Source: Candidatus Dormiibacterota bacterium
GTDB taxonomy: Bacteria; Chloroflexota; Dormibacteria; Aeolococcales; Bog-877
Length of the DNA stretch: 50,568 nt
NCBI GenBank assembly: GCA_013044295.1
Contig: JABEUU010000175.1
Location: 1-50,568 of the forward strand
Direction: 5' to 3'
The notes beneath the pieces were generated by a model, which did not search any database, was not told the DNA's origin, and saw only the letters and a list, made by a program, of their open reading frames with translations. Made by a program: the position numbers and the translations under genes. Shown piece by piece: positions 26,775-35,402 of the stretch (position 1 is its first letter; the number at the start of each line of letters is the position of its first letter).

Positions 26775-28514
26775 ATGTCTGCCAGCAGCGTCGACCTCGA
26801 GACCCTTCGCCACAGCACCGCCCACCTGATGGCGGCCGCGGTGTGCGAGCTCTTTCCGGGCGCCGAATACGGGATCGGACCGTCGATCGAGGACGGCTTC
26901 TACTACGATTTCCTGCTCCCCGGGGGGACCCACTTCAGTGACGAGGATCTCCCTGCCATCGAGGCCCGGATGCACGAGATCCAGGGGCGCCACTCGCAGT
27001 ACCAGCGCAGTGAGCTCGCGCGAGCCGAGGCTCTGCTGGAGTTCCGCCGTCTGGGGCAGCGCTTCAAGGTGGATCTGATCGAGAGGATCCCCGAGGGGGA
27101 GGTGATCAGCTGCTATCGCACCGGCGACTTCTTCGACCTCTGCCGGGGGCCCCATGTCCCCGAAACGGGGGCGATCCCGGCCTTCAAACTGCTGCACACC
27201 GCGGGAGCCTATTGGCATGGGGACGAGACCCAGCCGATGCTGCAGCGCATCTACGGCACAGCTTGGAACAGCCAGGCCGAGCTGGACCTTTACCTGGAGC
27301 GGCTGGAGATGGCCCGCAAGCGCGACCACCGTCGGCTGGGCCGGGAGCTGGACCTCTTCTCCCTCTCGGACGAACTTGGCGGTGGCTTGGTGCTCTGGCA
27401 TCCCAACGGCGCCACCGTGAGGACCGTGATCGAGGACCATTGGCGGCGGGAGCATCGGCGCCGGGGCTACCAGTTGGTGTACACCCCTCACGTGGCTCGC
27501 GAGCAGCTCTGGGAAACCAGCGGCCACCTCGGCTTCTTCGCCGACGAGATGTACGGCCCGATGGAGGTGGAGGGGGAGCGCTATCGGATCAAGCCGATGA
27601 GTTGCCCGTTTCACATCCTCATATTCAGCTCCAGGCGGCGCAGCTATCGGGAGCTGCCCATGAGGTTGGCGGAGCTGGCCTCGGTCTACCGGTTCCAGCG
27701 GAGTGGCACCCTCCACGGCCTGCTGCGGGTCCGGGGCTTCACTCAGGACGACGCCCACATCTTCTGCGCGCCGGACCAGGCCGAGGCCGAGGTGGCGGGT
27801 GTCCTGGACATGGTCCAGGAGATGATGGCGCGCTTCGGTTTCAACCAGGTCGAGATTGATCTCAGCACCAAGCCCGCCAAGGCGGCCGGCCAGGATGAGA
27901 TGTGGGAGCTGGCCGAAGCAGCTCTGGAGCGAGCGATCCAGACCAGGGGCCTGGACTTCAAGCTCAACCCTGGGGAGGGAGCCTTCTACGGTCCCAAGAT
28001 TGATGTCCACATCCGGGACGCCATGGGTCGGCGCTGGCAGTGCGCCACGATTCAGTTCGACTTCAACGAGCCAGAGCGGTTCGGTCTGGAGTTCATCGGC
28101 GCCGACGGCCTGGCGCACCGGCCGATGATGGTCCACCGCACCCTCCTGGGGTCGATGGAGCGATTCTTCGGGGTCCTGCTGGAGCACTACGGTGGTGCGC
28201 TGCCGCTGTGGCTGAGCCCGGTTCAGGTCCAACTGATCACAGTCAGCGACGACCAGCTCGACTATGCTTTGGGAGTGGCAGCCAGGCTGGAGCAGGCGGG
28301 ATTTAGGGCCGAGGTGCCGGACCGTCCGGGGGAGAGGATGCAGGCCAAGATCCGCGATGGCGAGTTGGCCAAGGTCCCCTATCTGGGCGTCATCGGCAAG
28401 CGCGAGGTGGAAGCCGGCACGGTCAATCTTCGCAGCACCCGTGAGGGCGAGCAGGTGGTGCTGGGGATCGACCAGTTGATCGAGCGCCTCCGCCTTGAGG
28501 CCGCACAATCCTGA
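26775..28514 (+). CDS. thrS: Threonyl-tRNA synthetase lacking the N-terminal TGS domain
   Basis: The protein begins at the editing-domain motif LRHSTAHLMAAAV...GFYYDF. Class II motifs and an anticodon-binding domain are present, along with the thrS-infC-rpmI-rplT context. Confidence 0.93.
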   Translation: MSASSVDLETLRHSTAHLMAAAVCELFPGAEYGIGPSIEDGFYYDFLLPGGTHFSDEDLPAIEARMHEIQGRHSQYQRSELARAEALLEFRRLGQRFKVDLIERIPEGEVISCYRTGDFFDLCRGPHVPETGAIPAFKLLHTAGAYWHGDETQPMLQRIYGTAWNSQAELDLYLERLEMARKRDHRRLGRELDLFSLSDELGGGLVLWHPNGATVRTVIEDHWRREHRRRGYQLVYTPHVAREQLWETSGHLGFFADEMYGPMEVEGERYRIKPMSCPFHILIFSSRRRSYRELPMRLAELASVYRFQRSGTLHGLLRVRGFTQDDAHIFCAPDQAEAEVAGVLDMVQEMMARFGFNQVEIDLSTKPAKAAGQDEMWELAEAALERAIQTRGLDFKLNPGEGAFYGPKIDVHIRDAMGRRWQCATIQFDFNEPERFGLEFIGADGLAHRPMMVHRTLLGSMERFFGVLLEHYGGALPLWLSPVQVQLITVSDDQLDYALGVAARLEQAGFRAEVPDRPGERMQAKIRDGELAKVPYLGVIGKREVEAGTVNLRSTREGEQVVLGIDQLIERLRLEAAQS

Positions 28515-28580
28515 ACGGCGCGGGTTTCAGCGTAGGGGACAGCCTCCTGCGTGATAGCATCGGCCACTCAAAGTCACTCT

Positions 28581-28598
28581 GAGGAGGGCGCGTCCATA
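28581..28598 (+). promoter_or_regulatory. infC translation initiation region: GAGGAGG Shine-Dalgarno plus ATA start codon
   Basis: GAGGAGG at 28581-28587, an 8-nt spacer, then in-frame ATA at 28596-28598. This places it immediately before the conserved IF3 N-terminus (AFRELRINDQIR). Confidence 0.6.
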
Positions 28599-29162
28599 GC
28601 GTTTCGCGAGCTGCGCATCAACGACCAGATCCGGATCCCATCGCTCCGGCTCTTCGACGACACCACGGACGAGGCTATTGGCATCGTCACCCTGGCCGAG
28701 GCTCAGCGGCTGGCCCAGGAGCGAGGACTGGACCTGGTGGAGGTTGCGCCGCAGGCCCAGCCACCGGTGTGCCGGCTGATGGACTACGGGCGCTTCAAAT
28801 TCGAGGCCCTCAAGCGGGAGAAGGAGGCCAGGCGCGAGCACAACGCCATCCGTCTTAAGGAGATGAAGCTCCGCCCCAAGATCAGCGAACACGATTTTCA
28901 GACCAAGTACGGGTACGTGCGCCACTTCCTGGAGGAGGGTGACAAGGTCAAGCTCACTATCATGTTCAGGGGTCGCGAGCTGGTCCACCAGGAAATCGGT
29001 CGGGCGCTGCTGCAGCGTTTGGCCGAGGAGGTCAAGGACGTGGCCCTGGTGGAGCGCATGCCCCTGCTCGAGGGGCGCAATATGATCATGATTCTCAACC
29101 CACTTCCAAGAAAGCAGGCTAAGGGAGACTCGAAGGACGATGCCCAAGATCCGCAGCCATAA
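28596..29162 (+). CDS. infC: Translation initiation factor IF-3 (probable ATA start; alternative GTG 28551)
   Basis: IF3 sequence RINDQIRIPSLRLFDD...GIVTLAEAQRLAQERGLDLVEVAPQAQPPVCRLMDYGRFKFE. A strong SD is correctly spaced before ATA, and only a weak one precedes GTG 28551. Confidence 0.9.
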   Translation: MAFRELRINDQIRIPSLRLFDDTTDEAIGIVTLAEAQRLAQERGLDLVEVAPQAQPPVCRLMDYGRFKFEALKREKEARREHNAIRLKEMKLRPKISEHDFQTKYGYVRHFLEEGDKVKLTIMFRGRELVHQEIGRALLQRLAEEVKDVALVERMPLLEGRNMIMILNPLPRKQAKGDSKDDAQDPQP

Positions 29163-29343
29163 GGGGACCCAGAAGCGGTTCCGTCTGTCCGGCACCGGCA
29201 AGCTGCTACGCCGCGGCGCCTTCCAGTCGCACCTGCTGGAGCACAAGTCGGCCAAGCGCAAGCGCGGCTACGCCCAGGTCAAGGCGGTCACCTCTGGTGA
29301 CGCCAAGTCAATCCGGCGCAATGCGCCCTATCTGAAGGGCTGA
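29140..29343 (+). CDS. rpmI: 50S ribosomal protein L35
   Basis: MPKIRSHKGTQKRFRLSGTGKLLRR is the canonical L35 N-terminus. The gene overlaps the infC end by 23 nt. Confidence 0.95.
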   Translation: MPKIRSHKGTQKRFRLSGTGKLLRRGAFQSHLLEHKSAKRKRGYAQVKAVTSGDAKSIRRNAPYLKG

Positions 29344-29346
29344 GAG

Positions 29347-29709
29347 ATGGCCAGAGTCAAGCGGGGCGTCACCGCTCGGAAGCGTCACAAGCGAGTATTG
29401 GAGTTGGCCTCGGGTCTAACCGGGACCCACAACCGACTCTTCCGGCCCGCCAACGAGGCGGTGCTCCATTCACTCGCCTACCAGTACCGGGATCGGCGCA
29501 AGCGCAAGGGCGACTTTCGGCGCCTCTGGATCGCGCGCATCAACGCCGCCTCGCGCCAGGCGGGGATTCCCTACAGCCGGTTCATGGCCGCCCTGGACCG
29601 AGCCGGGGTGGAGATTTCCCGCAAGCAGCTCTCCGAGATGGCGGGGCGCGACCCGGGAGCCTTTGCGGAGCTGATCGCGGTGGCCCGGGAGACCGTGACC
29701 CCGAAGTGA
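29347..29709 (+). CDS. rplT: 50S ribosomal protein L20
   Basis: MARVKRGVTARKRHKRVLELASG and YRDRRKRKGDFRRLWIARINAA are canonical L20 sequences. Confidence 0.96.
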   Translation: MARVKRGVTARKRHKRVLELASGLTGTHNRLFRPANEAVLHSLAYQYRDRRKRKGDFRRLWIARINAASRQAGIPYSRFMAALDRAGVEISRKQLSEMAGRDPGAFAELIAVARETVTPK

Positions 29710-30740
29710 CCGGGGACGACCTCCAGGAGCTGACGAGAGGGGCCCTGGAGGAAATCGCCGGGGCGAGCGACCCGGATCAGCTGGAGCTGGTCAGGCGCAA
29801 GTACATGGCGCGCCATGGTGGCCTGATCACGGCTGGGGCAGCGGCTCTGGCGACGGTGGATGGCGACGGTCGAGCCGAGTTGGGCCGGGCCTTCAACCTG
29901 GCCAAGTCCACGGTCCAGCAGGCCCTGCACACGCGCCAGCTGGAGCTGGCGTCGGGGGGCCGGGCGGCCGACGCCGAGCGCGAGTGGCTGGACCTGAGCC
30001 ATCCTGGAGCAGGCCTGGACAGGGGCCACCAGCATCCGGTGGCTCGGCTGGTGCGAGAGATCGAGGACATCATGGCCCGACTCGGTTACGAATCGGTGCG
30101 AGGCCCCGAGATCGAGGACGACCTGCACAACTTCCAGCTCCTCAACATGCCCCCCGAGCATCCCGCCCGGGACACCCACGACACCTTTTATCTGGCCGGC
30201 GCGGAGGCCGCCTGGCTGTTCCGGACCCACACCTCACCGGTGCAGATGCGGACCATGCTGAGCGGCCGGCCACCCTTCCGGATCATCGTTCCCGGTAAGG
30301 TCGCCCGGCGGGACAACCCAGACCCCACCCACATCCCGGTCTTCCACCAGGTCGAGGGACTGTGCGTGGATCGGGGGGTGACCGTTGGCGATCTCAAGGG
30401 CACTTTGGAGTACCTGCTTCGGGCTCTGTTTGGGCCGGAGCGTAAGGTCCGCCTGCGGGCCAGCTTCTTTCCTTACACGGAGCCCAGTCTGGAGGCGGAT
30501 GTCGCCTGTGGCATCTGCCAGGGATCAGGCTGTCGCAGCTGCCTTGGCAAGGGTTGGATGGAGATCCTGGGGTCGGGGATGGTCCATCCCCAGGTGCTCC
30601 GCAATGGCGGGGTGGACCCCGAGCAGTTCAGTGGATTCGCGTTCGGAATGGGTCCTGACAGGATCGCCGTGCTCCGCTACGGCCTGCCCGACGTTCGCGA
30701 GCTCTACGAGAACGACCTGCGTTTGCTGGAGCAATTCTGA
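29706..30740 (+). CDS. pheS: Phenylalanyl-tRNA synthetase alpha subunit
   Basis: GTGA overlap with rplT. Class II motifs are present: HPARDTHDTFY, FRTHTSPVQ, FHQVEGL, and GFAFGMGPDRIAVLRYG. Confidence 0.95.
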   Translation: MTGDDLQELTRGALEEIAGASDPDQLELVRRKYMARHGGLITAGAAALATVDGDGRAELGRAFNLAKSTVQQALHTRQLELASGGRAADAEREWLDLSHPGAGLDRGHQHPVARLVREIEDIMARLGYESVRGPEIEDDLHNFQLLNMPPEHPARDTHDTFYLAGAEAAWLFRTHTSPVQMRTMLSGRPPFRIIVPGKVARRDNPDPTHIPVFHQVEGLCVDRGVTVGDLKGTLEYLLRALFGPERKVRLRASFFPYTEPSLEADVACGICQGSGCRSCLGKGWMEILGSGMVHPQVLRNGGVDPEQFSGFAFGMGPDRIAVLRYGLPDVRELYENDLRLLEQF

Positions 30741-30741
30741 G

Positions 30742-33141
30742 ATGCGGGTGAGTCGCAACTGGCTGGGAGACTTCCTCGAGCTTGAGGACATCGCACCGGT
30801 TCGGATCGCCGAGCTGCTGACCATGAGCGGCACCGAGGTGGAGCGCACCCTGGACGTTGGCCGAGGGCTGGATCAGGTGGTGGTTGGGGAGGTCGTCGAT
30901 CTGGCCAGGGTGGAGGGGAGCGACCACCTCTTCCTGGCCCGGGTCAGGGGCGGTGACGAGGAGCCGCAGGATGTGGTCTGTGGGGCCGGCAACCTGTTCG
31001 TGGGTGCGCTGGTGCCCTGGGCCAGGCCGGGGACCACCCTGCCATCCGGGCTGGAGATCGGCCGGCGAAAGATCCGCGGGGTGGTCAGCAACGGCATGCT
31101 CTGCGCCGCCGACGAGGTGGGGCTGGGAAGTGACCACGAAGGCATCCTGCTCCTGCCCCCGGCGAACGCGGGGGCCGGCCTGCCACTCTCCGATCTGTAT
31201 CCCGAGGACACGGTCTACGAGCTCGAGATCCTCAGCAACCGGGCTGACTGTCTCTCCCATTGGGGGGTGGCGCGAGAACTGGCCGCGGTGCTCGATCGCC
31301 CGCTGCGCGAGCCCGACCTCCGCCCGGTCGCGAGCAGTGGTCAGCCCCTCTTGAACTCCCTCACAGTCGAGATCGAGGACGAGTCGGTATGCCCCTTCTA
31401 CCGGGCCGACGGCTTTGGCGGAATTCCCGACCGGGCGGCTCCCCACTGGATGCAGCGACGGTTGCAGGCGGTGGGCCAGCGCTCCGTCTCCGGGATCGTG
31501 GACGTCGCCAACTACGTGCTGCTGGATGTCGGCCAGCCACTACACACGTTCGACCTGGAGCGGCTCCAAGCAGGCGGCGGCCATATTCGCCTGGGGGTGC
31601 GCCAGGCCCGCGCCGGGGATCGGCTCCGGTGCCTGGACGGGGTCGACCGGGCGCTCGACCCGGCCACCCTTCTGATCACCGCCGGGGACCGGGCGACGGC
31701 GATCGCCGGGGTGATCGGGGGCCAGGACTCGGCCGTCCATGAGGGTACCCGGGAGTTGGTCCTGGAGGCGGCCAGCTTCGCCTGGACCTCAGTCCGCAGC
31801 ACCTCGAGACGGCTGGGCCTTCGGACCGAGGCCTCATCCCGATTCGAGCGCCTGCTAGCCCCTCAGCTGGCTCCGGTCGGCGCCCTCAGGTTTGCCCGCC
31901 TGCTCACCGACGAGATCGGGGGAACGCTGCGGCCGGGACCGGTGGAGGCAGGTCGCATGCCAGCCTCCGCCGGCCCGATCCGGGTGGCGGCGGCCAGCAT
32001 CTCGTCCCTGTTGGGAGTGCCGCTCACTCCTGAGCGGACCGCGGCGGCCCTGCGCCGGCTTCAATTCACAGTCAGTTCCGAGGGCCCGGATCTGGAAGTG
32101 ATCCCTCCAGCGGTACGGACCGACGTGCGCGAGCCGGTCGACCTGGTCGAGGAGGTGGGGCGCATCATCGGTTACCAGGAGGTCCCGGGCACCATCCCGG
32201 TCATGCGCCGGGCTCCTCGGGCTGGGGCGGCCACCGCGCCGGCGGCCAGGCTGGCAGCTGATCTGGCCATCGGCGCCGGATACACCGAGTGCATTACGGG
32301 CAGCCTGGTGCCATCTGACCTGGTGAGCCCGGTGCGCGGCTTGGGCACGGGTCGGACCGACCTGGCCCTGGCCAACCCGCTCTCGACCCAGCTGGGAGCG
32401 CTCCGATCCAGCCTGCTGCCTGGCTTGCTCAGCTCCTGCCAGCTCAACCAGGCTCGGGGCCGAGACCGAGTGCGGCTCTTCGAACAGGGGCGGGTCTTCT
32501 GGAGGGTCGATGGGGCGAGGCCGGAGGAGCCCGAGCTGCTGGCACTTGTGGATCAGGACGTGGAGCCCGACCCGGACGGGAGCGCGGAGAGGCTGTTGCA
32601 CCTGCTCCGGGTCTGTCAGGGCCTGGGCGAACGGCTCAGTCTTGGCGAGACCGAGTTCCGCCCGGCCGAGCACTCCGGCTTTCACCCCTTCCGCTGTGCG
32701 GAGATCTGGAGTGGCGGACAGACCTGGGGCGTGCTCGGAGAGCTGTCGCCAAAGGCCCTGGCCCAGCTGGAACTGAGGGGTAGGGTGGTCGCCGCTGAGT
32801 TGCGCACGGACGGCTGGCTGGTTCCCGGCGGACGGCCCAGCCTGGCTCCCGCCCTGACCCGGACGCCGGCTCTGGTACTTGACCTGGCCGTGACGGTTCC
32901 GGAGCGGGCCCTGCTGGGCGAGGCGCTGGCCGCCGTCCACGAGCGGGCCATTCCCTGGCTGGAGCGGATCTGGCTCCTCGACCAATATCAGGGGAGCCAG
33001 GTCCTGGCCGGCCGTAAGGGCTGGACCTTCCGGCTCCGACTGCGCGATCCCGAGCGGACCCTGACCGGCCATGATGGCGAGGTCACGAGGCAGCGGGTGC
33101 TGACCTGCCTGCGGGAGCGCGTCGCCGCCGAGCTGCGGTGA
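30742..33141 (+). CDS. pheT: Phenylalanyl-tRNA synthetase beta subunit
   Basis: ATG 30742 lies 2 nt after the pheS stop. MRVSRNWLGDFLELEDI is the canonical PheT N-terminus, and the tRNA-binding, B3/B4, B5 and FDX-ACB regions are present. The listed start at 30385 overlaps pheS. Confidence 0.93.
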   Translation: MRVSRNWLGDFLELEDIAPVRIAELLTMSGTEVERTLDVGRGLDQVVVGEVVDLARVEGSDHLFLARVRGGDEEPQDVVCGAGNLFVGALVPWARPGTTLPSGLEIGRRKIRGVVSNGMLCAADEVGLGSDHEGILLLPPANAGAGLPLSDLYPEDTVYELEILSNRADCLSHWGVARELAAVLDRPLREPDLRPVASSGQPLLNSLTVEIEDESVCPFYRADGFGGIPDRAAPHWMQRRLQAVGQRSVSGIVDVANYVLLDVGQPLHTFDLERLQAGGGHIRLGVRQARAGDRLRCLDGVDRALDPATLLITAGDRATAIAGVIGGQDSAVHEGTRELVLEAASFAWTSVRSTSRRLGLRTEASSRFERLLAPQLAPVGALRFARLLTDEIGGTLRPGPVEAGRMPASAGPIRVAAASISSLLGVPLTPERTAAALRRLQFTVSSEGPDLEVIPPAVRTDVREPVDLVEEVGRIIGYQEVPGTIPVMRRAPRAGAATAPAARLAADLAIGAGYTECITGSLVPSDLVSPVRGLGTGRTDLALANPLSTQLGALRSSLLPGLLSSCQLNQARGRDRVRLFEQGRVFWRVDGARPEEPELLALVDQDVEPDPDGSAERLLHLLRVCQGLGERLSLGETEFRPAEHSGFHPFRCAEIWSGGQTWGVLGELSPKALAQLELRGRVVAAELRTDGWLVPGGRPSLAPALTRTPALVLDLAVTVPERALLGEALAAVHERAIPWLERIWLLDQYQGSQVLAGRKGWTFRLRLRDPERTLTGHDGEVTRQRVLTCLRERVAAELR

Positions 33142-33728
33142 CGTCGGCGGGGCCCCAGGCCCCCAGCAGCGGCCGCGCTCGCCGGCCGCTGGACCGATCC
33201 TTCTTCACCCGCCCCAGCCCGGTGGTGGCGCGCGCACTGCTGGGTTCGTGGCTGGTCCGTCGCCACTCGACCGGGCTGTGGCGGGTTCAGCTCTGCGAGA
33301 CTGAGGCCTATCTCGGCCGGGAGGACCCAGCCTCGCATGCGCACCGGGGCCCAACCGCCCGGAACCTGGCCATGTTCGGGATCCCCGGAAGCGCCTACGT
33401 GTACTTCGTTTACGGGATGCACTACTGCTTCAACATCGTCACCGGCGCGGAGGGCACCGCGGCCGCGGTGCTGGTGCGGGGCGCCCTGCCGGACCTGGCG
33501 CTGGGCCGGCGCCTTGACGGTCCCGCCAGGTTCTGTCGAGCCCTCAACATTGGCGCCGCTCAGAATGGCATCGACCTGTGCGCCCCGATCACTGGTGAGA
33601 TCTGGCTGGAACGCGGCCGCCTGGACCGGGGCGTGGAGGTGGTTGTCGGGCCCAGAGTCGGTGTGCGCGACCCGACGCCATGGCGTTTTCGGATATTGCC
33701 GGGCCGGCGGGAGCCCGGCAAGCTATGA
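33138..33728 (+). CDS. mpg: DNA-3-methyladenine glycosylase (AAG/Mpg family)
   Basis: GTGA overlap with pheT. ETEAYLGREDPASHAHRGPTARNLAMFGIPGSAYVYFVYGMHYCFNIVTG is the family signature. Confidence 0.9.
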   Translation: MTSAGPQAPSSGRARRPLDRSFFTRPSPVVARALLGSWLVRRHSTGLWRVQLCETEAYLGREDPASHAHRGPTARNLAMFGIPGSAYVYFVYGMHYCFNIVTGAEGTAAAVLVRGALPDLALGRRLDGPARFCRALNIGAAQNGIDLCAPITGEIWLERGRLDRGVEVVVGPRVGVRDPTPWRFRILPGRREPGKL

Positions 33729-33732
33729 GTTT

Positions 33733-33767
33733 CGACAACAAAAGAGCGAGCCCCTTAGGGCTCGCTC
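33733..33767 (-). terminator. Rho-independent terminator oriented for minus-strand transcription
   Basis: Perfect 10-bp stem GAGCGAGCCC/GGGCTCGCTC (33744-33767) with a 4-nt loop. On the minus strand it is followed by TTTTGTTGT. On the plus strand there is no T-tract after the stem. Confidence 0.8.
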
Positions 33768-33978
33768 AAAGTTCGTGCGGGTGCTTCAGCACCGCGTCCA
33801 GCGGATAGGCCGGACTCAATTCAGATGGTGAGTTGCCCGGTACCGGGGCCACTACCCAAAGCGGCGAACCGCTGTCCGTCGCTGACAGGCCCCGGGGGGC
33901 CGATCACTCCGCCCTAGTGTGCCTTAACCGAGTCCAAACGGCTCTCATGATGGAAACCTCCGTCTGAGCCGATAACGT
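33735..33978 (-). ncRNA. Candidate structured small RNA (about 240 nt), family not recognised
   Basis: The unit is bounded by a promoter-like element (33985-34015) and the terminator. It contains GCGG-UUCG-CCGC (33861-33872), CUGUC/GACAG (33872-33888) and GGUGC-UGAA-GCACC (33780-33793) hairpins, and a long-range GGACUC/GAGUCC helix (33930-33935 with 33812-33817). There is no ORF of 60 aa or more, and the region is locally less GC-rich. Confidence 0.45.
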
Positions 33979-33984
33979 GGCTGC

Positions 33985-34015
33985 AGCGTAGCACTGCTCC
34001 AGTTCAGCGTGTCAA
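33985..34015 (-). promoter_or_regulatory. Promoter-like element: TTGACA-N19-TACGCT with extended -10 TG
   Basis: On the minus strand the -35 TTGACA is at 34015-34010 and TGcTACGCT ends at 33985. The 19-nt spacer is longer than optimal. The element sits 35 nt downstream of the MBL-rhodanese stop. Confidence 0.35.
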
Positions 34016-34049
34016 GAGCCAATTCAGTAACGGCCGGACGGCGTTGGTT

Positions 34050-35402
34050 TCAGATGACCACGGGAAGTCCGGCGGCGCGCGCCCGGTCGAAGTCGTCATC
34101 GACCAGGACCACCTCCAGACCGGCGCGATCAATCAGACTGGCGGCCACGCTGGCGCGAAACCCGACCCCGCAGTGCACCCAGATCGGTTCGTGGGGCAAC
34201 TCTCCCAGATGGGTTGGCAGATCCTGCAGGGGCAGGTGGTGGGCCCCCCTGAGGTGGCCGGCGCGCCACTCGTCCGGCTGCCTGACATCGAGAACGAAGG
34301 CTCCGTCGGCAAGCGGGAGTTGGAGTTCGCGAAAGGCGACGACGGGATAGGAGCGGATCGGAAACTGGCCGCTCAGCCGGTCTACGCCGGAGCTGTTGCC
34401 CTCAATTTGGTCCATCCCGATGCGGGCCAGGTTGCGCTTCGCCAGCACGAAGTCCTGGGGGCGGTCGGCCAAAAGCATGATGGGGGAGTCGAACGGCGCC
34501 AGCCAACCCACGTAAGTGGTGAAGCTGTCGTCCAGCTCCATGCTCACGGTGCCCTCCAGATGAGCGCCGGCGAAGGTCCTTCTGGGCCGGGTGTCGATCA
34601 CCCAGGCGCGCTCGGAGAGCCGCTGCCGGATCAGCGCTGGGCTGGCGCTTCCGCCATGGGGCGGAGCCAAAAAGGCACTGGGACCATGTCGATTGAGCGG
34701 GGCCATGTGCCTGTAATAGCTCGGATACGGCCCCAGGCCGCTGCTCACCGTGGTCACAAACTGAGTCTCGTCGCCGATTGTGCCGGCCAGATTCCGGAGC
34801 CGCTCCTGGGCGATGTCTCCTCCCCGGCCGGTGGCGGTGCCGCCGGAGGCGCAGAAGCTACCAAACCCGTGGGTGGGCATCACCCTGGTGTCACCGGGGA
34901 GTGAGGCCAACAGCCTTCGCGTGGACCGGAACTGGCTCCGGGTCAGCTCCTCGGTTGACTCGGGCGAGATGAGGTCGGTGCGGCCGACTGTGCCATACAG
35001 CAGCGACCCGCCTGTGAACACCGCCTCCTGGCGGCCCCCCTCCGTGACCACGTACGCGAGGTGGTTGGGAGTGTGCCCGGGGGTGTGCAGGGCGGCCACC
35101 GTCAGCTGGCCGGATTGGAACTGGCTGCCATCTCCGGCGGGGACCCTGGGGAAGTGAACCTGGTCGGCTCCGGCCACGACGTAGTGGGCGCCGGTGGCGG
35201 CGGACAGGGCCAGCCCCCCGCTGACGTAGTCGTTGTGGATGTGGGTCTCGAAAACGTGGCTGAGGCGTACCCCTGCGCTCTCGATAGCGCTCAGCATGCG
35301 GTCGATGTCGCGCTGGGGGTCGACCACGAAACCGGCCCCGCCAGCGTGCACCAGGTAGCTCCGATCCCCCAACTCGGGAGTCTCGATGACCACGATTTGC
35401 AC
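34050..35402 (-). CDS. MBL-fold metallohydrolase (persulfide-dioxygenase-like) fused to two rhodanese domains
   Basis: THIHNDYVSGG and HTPGHTPNH metal motifs are present, and the C-terminal rhodanese has the active-site loop VHCGVGFRAS. GTG 35402 is preferred over ATG 35447 because AGGAGGAGG lies 6 nt upstream of it. Confidence 0.85.
   Translation of the reverse strand: MQIVVIETPELGDRSYLVHAGGAGFVVDPQRDIDRMLSAIESAGVRLSHVFETHIHNDYVSGGLALSAATGAHYVVAGADQVHFPRVPAGDGSQFQSGQLTVAALHTPGHTPNHLAYVVTEGGRQEAVFTGGSLLYGTVGRTDLISPESTEELTRSQFRSTRRLLASLPGDTRVMPTHGFGSFCASGGTATGRGGDIAQERLRNLAGTIGDETQFVTTVSSGLGPYPSYYRHMAPLNRHGPSAFLAPPHGGSASPALIRQRLSERAWVIDTRPRRTFAGAHLEGTVSMELDDSFTTYVGWLAPFDSPIMLLADRPQDFVLAKRNLARIGMDQIEGNSSGVDRLSGQFPIRSYPVVAFRELQLPLADGAFVLDVRQPDEWRAGHLRGAHHLPLQDLPTHLGELPHEPIWVHCGVGFRASVAASLIDRAGLEVVLVDDDFDRARAAGLPVVI

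Noticed and set aside
26664-28508. Very long antisense ORFs opposite conserved genes. Examples: 614 aa opposite thrS (this entry), 756 aa at 42194-44464 opposite secDF, 699 aa at 46730-48829 opposite infB, 442 aa at 4982-6310, 473 aa at 36852-38273, 415 aa at 18132-19379, and 405 aa at 31855-33072.
   Set aside because: Their translations are Arg/Gly/Pro/His/Asp-rich low-complexity sequence with no recognisable motifs, and they lie antisense to strongly conserved genes. The scarcity of AT-rich stop codons in a GC-rich genome generates such ORFs by chance.
28515-28595. Possible L20-leader-type regulatory RNA or thrS terminator between thrS and infC. A hairpin CGTAGGGG/CTCCTGCG lies around 28530-28551.
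   Set aside because: The helix is short, contains two G-U pairs and has no U-tract. I could not recognise the L20-binding mimic structure by eye.
33904-33948. A 14-codon ORF (MRAVWTRLRHTRAE) with GGAGG 8 nt upstream, inside the candidate sRNA.
   Set aside because: It is not called as a CDS. It is too short to evaluate, uses codons that are rare for this genome (AGA, TTA, AGG, ACT, GTT), and may be a chance ORF inside a structured RNA. It is kept only as an alternative explanation within the sRNA finding.
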